From Eledone cirrhosa (lineage: Eukaryota), in contig OZ024752.1 of NCBI GenBank assembly GCA_964016885.1, positions 11,408,001 to 11,472,000 of the forward strand: 64,000 bases of DNA, written 5' to 3'. Position numbers and translations under genes: made by a program. A model generated the notes under the pieces. The model had not been told where the DNA came from and did not search any database. It saw only the letters and a program-made list of their open reading frames with translations. Shown piece by piece: positions 1 to 12,204 of the stretch. The first letter of the stretch is position 1. Every line of letters starts with the position of its first letter.

Positions 1-50
1 TCACCACTCCCCTACACACCCTTTGAACTCTCTTCCCACACACTTTTCAC

Positions 51-81
51 CTGAAGAAGGGCTTATGCCCGAAACGTCGTT
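51..81 (+). ncRNA. Degenerate minimal hammerhead ribozyme motif (Penelope-type)
   Basis: CTGAAGA-A-GGGC-TTAT-GCCC-GAAAC-GTCGTT. Stem I is not recoverable. A related, more decayed copy lies at ~4560-4590 (CTGAAGAAGGGCTAAAGCCCAACACGTCG). Confidence 0.45.
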
Positions 82-169
82 CCCCACCACTACCCCACTC
101 TCAAGAGCGTGAAATTAATAAACATTCGTTGTACTGCCTCTCTGTTTTGTTCCTGTTAAAATTTTCCAT

Positions 170-348
<179 letters not shown>

Positions 349-620
349 GTGATGGTGAGAGAGAGCCGCATACACACCCATTCTCCTTCAACACTCACCC
401 AGGTTTTTTATAACATATCTATAATATTGTCCTCTCTATTTTACAATTAAGTTCCCCCAAAGATTTAATAGAATCACTTAGGCGACACCATTAATTACTT
501 TATATCTACAATGTCTCATATCTCATACATTGTCTGTCATATCACTGCCGCCATTGTTACTTCCTTACTTTCTTTGCTGTTGTTGTTCATTGTGTAGTGT
601 CTTGGTTATTGATGTTGTTG

Positions 621-935
621 GTCATGATGATGATGGTGGTGGTGGTGGTGGTGGTGATGATGTAGATCATGATGATGGTGATCATGATGGTGGTGGTGAT
701 GATGGTGGTGGTGGTGGTGATGTTGTAGATCATGATGATGATGATGGTGATCATGATGATGGTGGTGATGATGATGATGGTGATCATGATGAGAAGGTGG
801 AGGAGGATAAGGGTGCTTGTGGTGGTGGTGATGATGATGATGATGGTGGTGATGATGATGATGGTGGTGCAGATGGTGATGTGGAGGAGGGTGGTCGTTG
901 TGATGGTGGTGATGATGATGAGGGAGATGAGGGAA
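621..935. repeat. GAT/GGT trinucleotide low-complexity tract
   Basis: Degenerate (GAT)n/(GGT)n runs; the source of the poly-D/G and poly-H ORFs. Confidence 0.9.
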
Positions 936-1074
936 TTTGAGGTGCGGTGGCTTATGGGAGGAAGTGGGTGTTGTTGAGTGGTAAATGGCGCTGAGATGCT
1001 GCACGTGACTTCATTGTTGCTGTCACTCGCGTTCATATTAATATCTTTATTAGAATACATATGACCAGGCGCAT

Positions 1075-1495
<421 letters not shown>

Positions 1496-1645
1496 ATGGA
1501 TACTATCTTTATAAATGTTATTGATATTATGCTCCAGAAGAAAATTGTAGAGTGCTTCGAATCTGTTATAAATAAATAAATTTGTTGAATAACCAACAAA
1601 TTGAATAACTCTTTGCTTATATATATATCTATATATATATATATA

Positions 1646-1706
<61 letters not shown>

Positions 1707-1922
1707 CATTTATTTTGTTTTGACCTGTTTAGCTTCATTTGGTTTTTGGCTTGGGTGGTTAATGCCTTCTTGACCACCTTTTTCAGTTTTGTATGGCTTC
1801 TTAACACATTGTTCAGCTCTGGTTTTTAACTATTGAGCACTTTGCCAGTATCATTTCTGATTTTGGCGTTTCGCTTCGCTTTTCCTGCCTGCCGAAAATG
1901 CGATTCTCGCTGAATCTTTATT

Positions 1923-1991
<69 letters not shown>

Positions 1992-1993
<2 letters not shown>

Positions 1994-2198
1994 CGAAGGA
2001 AATGTGGTAAGGAACCAGGTGAACCAGAACGCAACAAAGTACTCAATACTTAGCGTAGTAGAGTGGGTAATAGGAACGAGTAAGACCCCGACGGCTGAGC
2101 TCAAGCCGTTTCGACGGCTAATTCTGGACCGGAATTAGCCGGGTCCAGAATTAGCCGTCGAAACGGCTTGAGCTCAGCCGTCGAGGTCTTACTCGTTC

Positions 2199-2202
<4 letters not shown>
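1992..2202. mobile_element. Fold-back Penelope-like terminal-repeat remnant (family with HHR 3' half)
   Basis: Inverted arms ~2070-2130 / 2142-2202, flanked by (TA)n on both sides; contains GAAAC-GGCT..AGCC-GTC. Relatives at ~6198-6335, 9062-9185, 9966-10100, 31735-31792, 42328-42445 and 45930-46258. Confidence 0.6.
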
Positions 2203-2230
<28 letters not shown>

Positions 2231-2310
2231 TATGAAGAGAGAAGAAACATTTAGATATAATTAGTAATAAAATGTATCATACTTAAACTGTTCCTAAATT
2301 CCTCGACTAC

Positions 2311-2397
2311 CCTCTTGATAAGTCGGCAGACCTCGCAAGGACTCTATATCTTTGATATATTGTTTTTGTTTATGCCACGAAACTACGTAGTCGAGGA
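2311..2397 (+). ncRNA. Type I hammerhead ribozyme, U3-A8 core variant (copy 1)
   Basis: CCTC-TTGATAA-GTcGGCA...TGCCAC-GAAA-CTACGTAG-TC-GAGG. Confidence 0.75.
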
Positions 2398-2903
2398 ATT
2401 TAGGAACAGTTTAGGTATGATACATTTTATTACTAATTATATCTAAATGTTTCTTCTCTCTTCATAATGTATTTTTAACTCTGATACTGGTTCAGTCTGG
2501 TTCAAACTGAATTGGTCTGTCCCAGTCATTCATTGAGCAACATCGGTGAAGTTGGCACCCTTAACTCACAGTTGGGTGCGGATGCATTCATGTATATATG
2601 TGTGTGTCCGCATGTATCTGTGTGTTTCTAAATATATTAATAACTCCCTCTGGTCGAGCAATCTTTGAAGTGTGGGGACAACTGGAAAGCTTCCATTACT
2701 CATACTTCTCGCCTTCTTCACTACCTCTTCTACGGCCTCGATATGAATACCCCCCCCCCCGCCTCCGTGGTATTTTCTTCGTGGTTATAAGAGGCTTAGC
2801 TCTGTTTCTCGACCGTTATATCGCGTGACTATCTCCCCCTCCGCCTTTTGGGATTCTTTCTCACGTCGTGTAGACGCGTTCTTGAGACTAGTAAAATGAG
2901 GTA

Positions 2904-2991
2904 TCCTCTTGATAAGTCGGCAGACCTCGCAAGGACTCTATATCTTTGATATATTGTTTTTGTTTATGCCACGAAACTACGTAGTCGAGGA
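2904..2991 (+). ncRNA. Type I hammerhead ribozyme, U3-A8 core variant (copy 2)
   Basis: Stem I TCCTC/GAGGA; core TTGATAA (2909-2915); stem II GT(c)GGCA/TGCCAC with long loop; GAAA 2973-2976; palindromic stem III ACTACGTAGT; GUC cleavage triplet ending 2986. Confidence 0.8.
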
Positions 2992-3222
2992 ATTTAGGAA
3001 CAGTTTAGGTATGATACATTTTATTACTAATTATATCTAAATGTTTCTTCTCTCTTCATAATGTATTTTTAACTCTGATACTGGTTCAGTCTGGTTCAAA
3101 CTGAATTGGTCTGTCCCAGTCATTCATTGAGCAACATCGGTGAAGTTGGCACCCTTAACTCACAGTTGGGTGCGGATGCATTCATGTATATATGTGTGTG
3201 TCCGCATGTATCTGTGTGTTTC

Positions 3223-3262
<40 letters not shown>

Positions 3263-3445
3263 AACCCATACTCCTTCATATACATTCCACTGTCAACAAT
3301 AGTTATCTGTAGAATCGGTAGCAACATCAAAAGAGCCTCGGCAACCATCACCACTATTCCTCTGGGACTCTTTCCAATTTTTAAAGCGAAATTACAAGAA
3401 GAGTAGAGTTGCTCTAATTTCTTTTATATTAAATTTATTCTAGAG

Positions 3446-3494
<49 letters not shown>

Positions 3495-3516
3495 CACATA
3501 CATACGTACATATTGT

Positions 3517-3765
3517 GGAAGGCGCATGGTCTAGTGGTTAGAGCATTGGGCTGGCAATCGAAAGGTTGTGAGTTCAATTTTTGGAGCGGGTGATGTGTTG
3601 TGTTGTCTCCTTGAGCAAGACACTTTATTTCACGTTGCTCCAGTTTACTCAGCTGTAGAAATGGGAGGATAGGACTGGGGTCCCTATCATTAAATCACCC
3701 AAGACACCTGCAACGGGATATACCTTGGAGGAGGCCAGCTAAACCTCCATAGGTGTGAGCTGTCA
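3517..3765 (+). mobile_element. tRNA-derived CORE-type SINE (family B)
   Basis: tRNA-like head (GGCGCATGG..TAGTGGTTAGAGC, GTTC box) followed by CORE-like CCTTGAGCAAGACACTTTATTTCAC. Other copies at ~8010-8285(-), 16424-16745(-), 27455-27782(-), 45775-45897(-), 47803-48047(+) and 61070-61450(+). Confidence 0.85.
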
Positions 3766-3891
3766 CACACACACACACATATATATATATCCAGGGAGGG
3801 TAACGTGGAGTTACTGTAGGTTCACTCGGGTGAGCACTATAGTAAAATAAAACAAGGACTAGTGGTTACTCCTTCATTACGTTTATTGCTT

Positions 3892-3976
3892 GGTGACGGG
3901 CGTTTCGCCACTGATCAACTCAAGGTTCGATCTGTATCGATTTAGCCCGACTCTGCAATCCACGGCTCGTCAAACC
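3892..3976 (-). ncRNA. Type I hammerhead-like motif with long stem II
   Basis: Minus strand: GGT-TTGACGA-GCCG...TGGC-GAAA-CGCCCG-TC-ACC, inside a ~215-nt insert (3790-4005) bounded by TA runs. Confidence 0.55.
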
Positions 3977-4004
3977 CCTTTTAATGGCAATTATAAAATG
4001 ATTT

Positions 4005-4039
<35 letters not shown>

Positions 4040-4210
4040 ATAATATAAGTTTGATTAAAATAACAGGAGGCAGGATTGGTGAAATTCCCTTAAAGTTTTA
4101 TTGTGGTTATAATAAAACTAATATTTAACCCCATTTCTGTACCACTCACAGGATTGAACATCAACAATGGATGTGTTACGTAACATTGAGTGCATTACTT
4201 ACTATACATC

Positions 4211-4244
<34 letters not shown>

Positions 4245-4662
4245 ATATATATATATATATGTATATGTATGTATAAATATATATATATATATGTATAAAT
4301 ATATATATATATATATGTATAAATATATATATATATAGATAGATAGATAGATAGTCTGTGGTACTGGGACCTGAAAGCCTGTCTTCCTATATATATGTAT
4401 GTATACATATATATATATATGTGTGTGTGTGTGTACATATATATTTATATAGAGCACCTAACTGTCTGCGTTATTTATATTCATTTTTTTTTTACTTTAC
4501 TTGTACGGCTTTTATTTTCTCTATCCATCCTTTGTGACACTGTCTCTTTTTTTCTATTCCTGAAGAAGGGCTAAAGCCCAACACGTCGGATTCTCTTTCC
4601 AGTTTTCCATATAAGACCTGAAACTAATAAGTAATTTTGTACTTCTGTTTATTGTTTCCTTG

Positions 4663-4731
<69 letters not shown>

Positions 4732-4732
<1 letters not shown>

Positions 4733-4990
4733 CAGCTCAAAAGTGACACAGGGGAGACTGAGGTTAGCTGGACATGCTCGCCGACATCCAGAGTTGACAT
4801 TGCTCTCAGTGCTCCTGTGGGAGCCCCTACATGGACACACTGGAAGAGGAAGACCAAGGTTAACGTATGTTGATGCCCTAAAGACACACACTGGTCTGCT
4901 GGAAACGCAGGACATGGCAGCGATAATGAGGGACAGAGACCGCTGGAGAGAATTCGTCCAAGGATCTCGTGAATTTTACCCGCCCTAGAA
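4732..4990 (+). mobile_element. RTE-type LINE 3' end remnant
   Basis: Translation RLRLAGHARRHPE..VLLWEPLHGHTGRGRPRLTYVDALK..MRDRDRWR matches the RTE-clade ORF2 C-terminus motifs (GH..R, GRP..TY.D, DR..W). Confidence 0.8.
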
Positions 4991-5010
4991 AAACATACAT
5001 ATATACATAT

Positions 5011-5072
<62 letters not shown>

Positions 5073-5404
5073 GGTGGCTGCCAACTCGTTTTCGAGTACG
5101 GCCACTACTTTATATCCATGTAGGAGAACTCCTACCGATGCGCTGAACGAGTGTGACTTTTTAGTCTAGCCTGCGACTTGAAATCTCTGGTACAAACACT
5201 ACACTTGTGACAATTATTGACACATAGTGCTGGGCCCATGGTACCATGTGACGACAAGTGCAGAGAGATCTCCAGATATAAAGTAATGCCTGTGCCGTGA
5301 AGCTTTTATAGTGAGCAAAGGCACTGCACAAAGCCAGTCCCACTCTCTTAACCAAGATGATATTTACCAAAAAGAAGAACAAGTCAACATCATTGGATAC
5401 CATC

Positions 5405-5677
5405 AGGGTTGCAGGTGTTATATCAGAGTTTTCCTTCTCCTAGAATTCTGCCTTGACAAAGGCTAAGGGGTCATCTCTCCCGGTGATTTTGGATAGCCAT
5501 TGACTCTTAAGAGCTCCTTTGCCCTTTGACAGGTTTTGTTTTTAGTCCTGCAGGATGTCCAAAGTCACCCTCCTCACAAAGAAACCTTGGTGGGGTTGCC
5601 AGTTTAGTCGCCAACGACCCGACCATGAGACAGGTTGTACTGAGATACATGTTACCAGTAGCACCAACTGGTGACCT

Positions 5678-5680
<3 letters not shown>
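5405..5680 (-). mobile_element. RTE-type LINE 5' UTR remnant with decayed HDV-like ribozyme
   Basis: Minus strand begins GGTCACC-hairpin-CAGT..ATGGTC-GG-GTCG TTGG CGA-CTAA-ACTGG; the downstream sequence resembles RTE 5' UTRs. Confidence 0.45.
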
Positions 5681-5713
<33 letters not shown>

Positions 5714-5769
5714 CATATAAAATAAAGTTAAATAAAAAGTCAAATGTTTAAAATTTAGCTTCGTTTATT

Positions 5770-5824
5770 GCTGCTATATATATTTCAGTGACAGCCATCT
5801 TTGGCTGTGACCTCTTCAGGCAGT
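5770..5824 (-). ncRNA. Type I hammerhead ribozyme (ACAGCCA-stem family)
   Basis: Minus: CTGC-CTGAAGA-GGTC-ACAGCCA AAGA TGGCTGT-CACT-GAAA-TATATA-TA-GCAG. Same family at 18567-18621(-), 46608-46662(-) and 46885-46939(+). Confidence 0.7.
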
Positions 5825-6095
5825 CCGAATTAGTGTGGTATAGACAAGTACATACGTTGTTGAGGTGTATAATATTGTCAATACACTGATATGCCCAGTT
5901 CCTGGTTGGGTTGTTATTTCACTGTGTGTGTGTGTGTGTTAAATATTTCTGTGGAAAAGTAAAGGAAAGCAGAATGTTCTAGGTATAGTACAGAGCTATT
6001 TAATTATGTATTAAACTCCATATAATTATTCCATAAAAATCTATTATAATAGATAATAGATTTTAATTTCATATCTTATATCCAAAATAAAAATC

Positions 6096-6163
6096 ACATC
6101 TGATGAGCGATATCAGCCGTTTCTGTTAGAATCGTCTAACTTCCTGAAACCTTGCGTAATGGA
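6096..6163 (+). ncRNA. Decayed hammerhead motif (family shared with 18821-19064)
   Basis: CTGATGA (6100-6106) ... GAAAC-CTTGC-GTA-ATGGA. Confidence 0.45.
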
Positions 6164-7579
6164 ATAATTATATTGTGTTCTTATATATATATATATAAAC
6201 AAAGAAAGTGTGGTAAGATACAAGGTGGGCCATAACGCACCAGAGTACTCGATACTTAGGGTATTGTCTAGTGTTAGATCGGATCTAGCTGTCGAAAGGC
6301 CGGAGCTCACCCGTCGGGGTCCTGACTCTTTTCCTATATATATATATATATCCGAAATAAATTAAATTAAATTAAATTAAATTAAGGGAGTCATGTCCGA
6401 GACATGCGCCATATCCTCCGTAGAATAAGCTCAAAGATTCCAATGAATAGATCCGAACATTTTATATCAACTAGAAAACTTTAATTAGTTACCTACCTAG
6501 CTATGTGTGATTACACACTTTACAAATTATCCCCTGTGATTGTTTCATGTGTTTATTTCTAGTTGATATATATATATATTGTTTAACTTTTGGTTATATA
6601 TATATATATATGTGCACACGCACATATTTCGAAAAATGGTGAGAATAATTTTTTTTTTTTTCTATGGTTGTTTTTCATTAATGATCAAATGTTTTATAAC
6701 ATGTCGTTTTTGTATCTCTAGAGATGAAGTGTTTTGATAAAAGTTCTTGGTTTCAGAACAACTTTCAAACTTGTTATACCCCCATTAGTCTGTCTATTAA
6801 AAATAGTCTTGGCATCTAGCTGCTGATAGAGGCGGAGGGCGAGGGGTTGTAGAGTCGTAGTGGAGTTTATAAAAAATAATTGGCAAATCATATCCTGGTT
6901 ATATATAGACGTAAACATACACACACATACACACAAATACACACACATCTGGATGTATGTATACCTATACACACAAGTATACAGACATGCATATCCGCAT
7001 ATGACTACACGTACATATATTTATTCATATAGATACATGCATACACATATGCCTACATGCAGATATACACACATACACATACACACATCATATATGTGTA
7101 CAGGGTATACCAAAACAATGTATACACCATTCAAATAAGTATTGCCTGTAGAGGTAATCAAAATGTGTATATATTTTGAGGGACAGACTATATATATGTG
7201 TGTGTGTGTGTTTGTGTACACTAACATATATATATATATATGGTCGGAACCAAAAATTTAAGCCACTACCACCTCTGTTGGTCAACCCTAGCAGAGAACG
7301 AAAGAGAGCCTCGGACAGAAACGCGAATGTTCCTCTCTAAAAATGTATGTAAAAACTAATAATTTTTCTTCTCCATATTATTATTATTCGTATAAACATG
7401 CAATTTAACTGCACTTTACACTTCCGTCGTTGAAATAGCATATAACGCTGAAACCTGTACCACGATTAAATGCGAAAATCCCCACATTATAAATAAATGT
7501 TTTGATATTATACTGAAATAAATCCCTCCTGCATTTTCTACTGCATTTTTTTCCTTTTTACTATATATATATATATATA

Positions 7580-7900
7580 TATTGTTATACTTTGGGAGGG
7601 TCATGTTGCCAATAAGAAACACACGCACCAGTTGCTTTCACTTCAATTTATTATTATAAATTTATAAATTTAGGAATTTATAAATTTCCGGTTGGTTGGT
7701 TGGTTCCACAACCAGATGATTGTTTAACAATCATCTGATTGTGGAACCAACCAACCAACCGGAAATTTATAAATTTATTATAATAAATTGAAGTGAAATC
7801 AACTGGTGCGTGTGTTTCTTATTGGCAACATGACCCTCCCAAAGTATAACAATATCGGTTTCAACACACGTTTTCAGATAAAGAATCTTGCTAAACAAAT
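7580..7900. mobile_element. Fold-back (palindromic) insert in (TA)n
   Basis: Arms ~7580-7722 and ~7727-7852 are near-perfect inverted copies (identical ORF starts on both strands); contains GAAA-TTTATAAA-TT. Confidence 0.7.
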
Positions 7901-7966
7901 TCAAAAACGAAATATATGTATATCTATATATAAACTCGTGTCACTTTTCTACATTCCATATACATA

Positions 7967-8007
<41 letters not shown>

Positions 8008-8285
8008 TCTAAAGTCTGTCTTAAGCCACAAGACTCATTTGGCCGGTGCTTATCCCGGTTTCATGGCGTGAAGCGACTGAGTGTACAAGACTCCCCCCTG
8101 GACAGGACGCCAGTCTATCGCAGGGTTAAACCTCCAGCTATTACTAGTACTCATTTTCAGCTGAGTATACTGGAGCAACGTGAAATGAAGTGTTTTGCAC
8201 AAGAACACAACACGCAACCCAGGATTAGAGCCCACTACATTTATGATCGTAAGTGCAACACACTTACCACTAGGCCACGTGCCTC

Positions 8286-9000
<715 letters not shown>

Positions 9001-9010
9001 TATATATATA

Positions 9011-9060
<50 letters not shown>

Positions 9061-9410
9061 AAAATCAGAATGGATGCAGTAAAAACCAGTTAGGCCATTA
9101 CTCACCAGTATACTCGATACGCGTGGTAGTAGAGTGGGTAACATGAAAAATTCTGGACCCTGGCAGCTGAGCTCCCGATTTTTACATATATGTATATATA
9201 TGGTGCTCTCTTAGTCTACGGCTAGCCACACGATCCTGTAACAGATCCTGAACAAGCAATGCCTGCGCTTTGAATGTTTTTTAAGTGTACAAAGGCCTTG
9301 CATTCTAACCCACTCTCAGAGCATCGAAAACTCTACCCGAAAAGGAGAACTGGTCAACATCATCGGATGCCTCCGATATATATATATATATAAATGAAAA
9401 TAGATAAATT

Positions 9411-9599
9411 AATTGTCTCTACTTTAGGCACAAGGCCAGCAATTACCTAGTGCATTACTGGTACTTTATTTTATCGACCCCGTAAGGATGAAAGGCAAAG
9501 TCAACCTCGGCGGGATTTGAACTCAGATCGTAAAGGGACGTAACTATGATGGAAAGCATGGCGTCCGACCCTCTACTGATACTGCCAATCCACCGCCCT
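9411..9599 (-). mobile_element. SINE family A (~190 bp)
   Basis: Consensus GGCGGTGGATTGGCAGTATCGGTAGAG..GAGTTCAAATCCC..CTTTGCCTTTCATCCTTACGGGGTCGATAAAATAAAGTACCAG..AGTAGAAACAATT; about 27 copies in the window. Confidence 0.9.
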
Positions 9600-10240
9600 T
9601 GAAAATAGAGAAATTAATGTAAGCAAGAAGCCAACAGTAATTCAGACATATAAGTGACTATTACGTCAAGATGAAAAATATTTAACGTAAGATATGGGAA
9701 AATAATTTAATCCCAATTCAAAACAAGTCAAGACCAGAAATTTTCTCCACAGATTTTGTGTAATCCGGGGAAAAAACCAATAGAATCTTAACTCAAAATA
9801 AAATTAAGAGTAAATACTTATCCGTTAATTTGGAAAAATCTACAAATGCACTATATAGTCATAAAAAGACTAATTTACGAAACTTTTCAAATAGGTTAGT
9901 CACGGTTGGAGTCGTTCCTCAGTAGTGTTCGACAACGTTAACTAAGAGCCACAGCTAACATATGCCAAAACGACGGAAGTGTGGTATGGAACAAGGTGGA
10001 CCATAACGCACCAAAGTACTCGATACTATGTGTAGTAGAGTGGTTCAGAGATAGCTGTCGAAACGGCCGGAGCTCAACCGTCGGGGTCCTGACACTTTTC
10101 ATATATATATATGTGTGTGAAGACTAACACATGCATATATTAATATGTGTATAGCCAGATGCACATACCTATAGATACAAACATACATGTTCACATGAAT
10201 ATTGTGGTGGAGAATAATCTTTCATTACTTTACTACGGAA

Positions 10241-10429
10241 AGGGCGATGGATTGGCAGTATCGGTAGAGGGTCGGACGCTATGCTTTCCAGCATAGTTAC
10301 GTCCCTTTACGATCTGAGTTCAAATCCCGCCGAGGTTGACTTTGCCTTTCATCCTTACGGGGTCGAGAAAATAAAGTACCAGCAATGCACTGGGTAATTG
10401 CTGGCCTTGTGCCTAAAGTAGAAACAATT
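10241..10429 (+). mobile_element. SINE family A
   Basis: Full-length copy, flanked by the duplicated ATTACTTTACTACGG-like target site. Confidence 0.9.
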
Positions 10430-10559
10430 ACTTTACTACGGAGAGTTGATCCTCTCTCCAACGAAGCAATGTTTAAAAAAATACAAGTCTCTTGACAGTG
10501 TTTTGTTGACTTTGTCATGTCATGTTGAAATCTTTATAATGCTAATGCCGAAGATCAAA

Positions 10560-11090
10560 TGTTATCTTCTCTTTTGATCCGGCTTGTATTTTTTTATAAA
10601 ATATTGTTCTATGTATTTCAAAATGTGTTCGTTTTCGAACTATACCTTAAAGAACGGGAAAATTATCACTCTTCCCTGTTAGTATTGTTCAAAGATTTTT
10701 TCTGACAGAAAGATCCCTAATTTGTTGATCATGTTACCTTAATTTGTCATATAGCTAGTCCTGTTTCCCGTTTCTCCAATATATTACTATTTGCATTGTG
10801 ACCAATTAACATACTAGATCATGTTACCTGATTTGCCATTCATTGTATCAATAACCTTATTTTTGTTTTATTTCGTTGTTTGTTTGTTTTTTTAAACAAA
10901 TTGTTAACCCTCTTCAATAAATTTACATGTCTTGAACCATGGATCATCTAATTTTGAATTTGCATTAACTCTCTTTATGATGCAAATCTTGCCTTAATTA
11001 ATGCTTTATTTAATTTGGTTGTTTCGCATGTATTATGAATTATTCTTCATTCTGTCAAAATATCATTAATTTGGGGGTATGGACAGGAAA
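10560..11090 (-). mobile_element. Decayed Penelope-like element ORF C-terminus (GIY-YIG endonuclease)
   Basis: Minus-strand frames give KQP..LNKALIKARF, DPWFKTCKF, QCK..YIGETG, QQIRD, IFPFFK and EQYFIKK(Y)KP, with stops and frameshifts. Confidence 0.7.
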
Positions 11091-11109
11091 ATCTGCTTCG
11101 TAGAATCAA

Positions 11110-11205
11110 GACGTATCTGAGGACCTTGTGATTTTCAGAGTCAGGTTCCATCATCACATCGATCGTACCTCGAGCTGGTCGCCAGAGAAACGATTGTAAT
11201 ATGTC
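11110..11205 (+). ncRNA. Type I hammerhead ribozyme in inverted Penelope terminal repeat
   Basis: Stem I GACGTAT/ATATGTC (7 bp); CTGAGGA 11117-11123; decayed long stem II; GAAA 11187-11190; CGATTG-TA. Confidence 0.65.
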
Positions 11206-11672
11206 CAATAAATTCCATTCGTCGCAACACTGATTCTCTTTTTTTCGGTAATCTCATACTCTGCTCTGGGAGCATCGAGTGCTCATACGGCCTACCGCAT
11301 ACGGACGCTTTAAGCATCCAACACCAATTATAAATATATATATATATACAAAAATATGAAACAATCGTCTAAAAATCGTTTTCATTTATTCCTTACATGG
11401 ATGAAAACACTTGGTTTAATATTTCGGGTGATTGCGAGTGTAGCGTTCCGTCTAAGGTACATATCAGGTGTTGCATATGCTGGAGCTATGTTTGTACACT
11501 TGGCCGTTCTGTCAAATAAACAATAGTTATTGCACAAGACCACCGCCCTAACCTCTAACTCATACGCCTTCACAACGCATATATATAATTTTGGGGATTC
11601 TCAAATTACTGAAATGATACTTCAGTGATGACATGCACATATATATATGTATATATATGTATATATATATAT

Positions 11673-12204
11673 TAAGTACAGCGAATTTTTTAAAATTTAT
11701 TTTAAAACTTTTTCTCTATTTGCTAGACCTTGATTTTATATGTTCTGGCTTGTTAATTTATTAACCCGCCATAGAACCACATTGGAATACGGTTGGATAA
11801 TACTTGTTTCCCTATATATATTTTTTACACGTAGGAATTCATACTTTATTATTATTGATCTCCTCCTAAGGTAGAGATAAAACTTGGCCGTTTGGACTGC
11901 TGCTATTTCTAGTGGCAGGACATTGACCTGTCCACCCTGCCTTTTGTCTTTGCACACGGCACCAGACAGAGTTATTTCTTTCATCATTCGTTCTCATTTG
12001 GGAATGGTTTTGTATGGGGTCAGTTTGTGATTTGAACTCGGGAATTTTATATTCTCCGAGGGAGAAGAGCCTTCTGAAGATAGCTCCCTTCTCAATGGAA
12101 GTCCGTTTATTCTGCAGCTTGAAACCGCGGTAAAGGCACTTATAGTAAGTACAGCGAATTTTTAAAAATTTATTTTAAAACTTTTTCTCTATTTGCTAGA
12201 CCTT

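Larger units (their letters stand above)
2227..3231 (+). mobile_element. Non-autonomous HHR retroelement (retrozyme / Penelope-like), 594-nt unit with terminal redundancy and 5' inverted segment
   Basis: 2311-2637 is repeated at 2905-3231 (period 594). 2227-2310 is the reverse complement of ~2387-2470. Each repeat starts with an HHR. (TA)n on both sides. Confidence 0.8.

Noticed and set aside
3517-3595. tRNA-like sequence
   Set aside because: It is the head of a multi-copy CORE-type SINE, with no intact cloverleaf or terminator.
7290-7340. Possible hammerhead (..GAAAGA..GAAACGCG)
   Set aside because: The core and stems are too degenerate to support a call.
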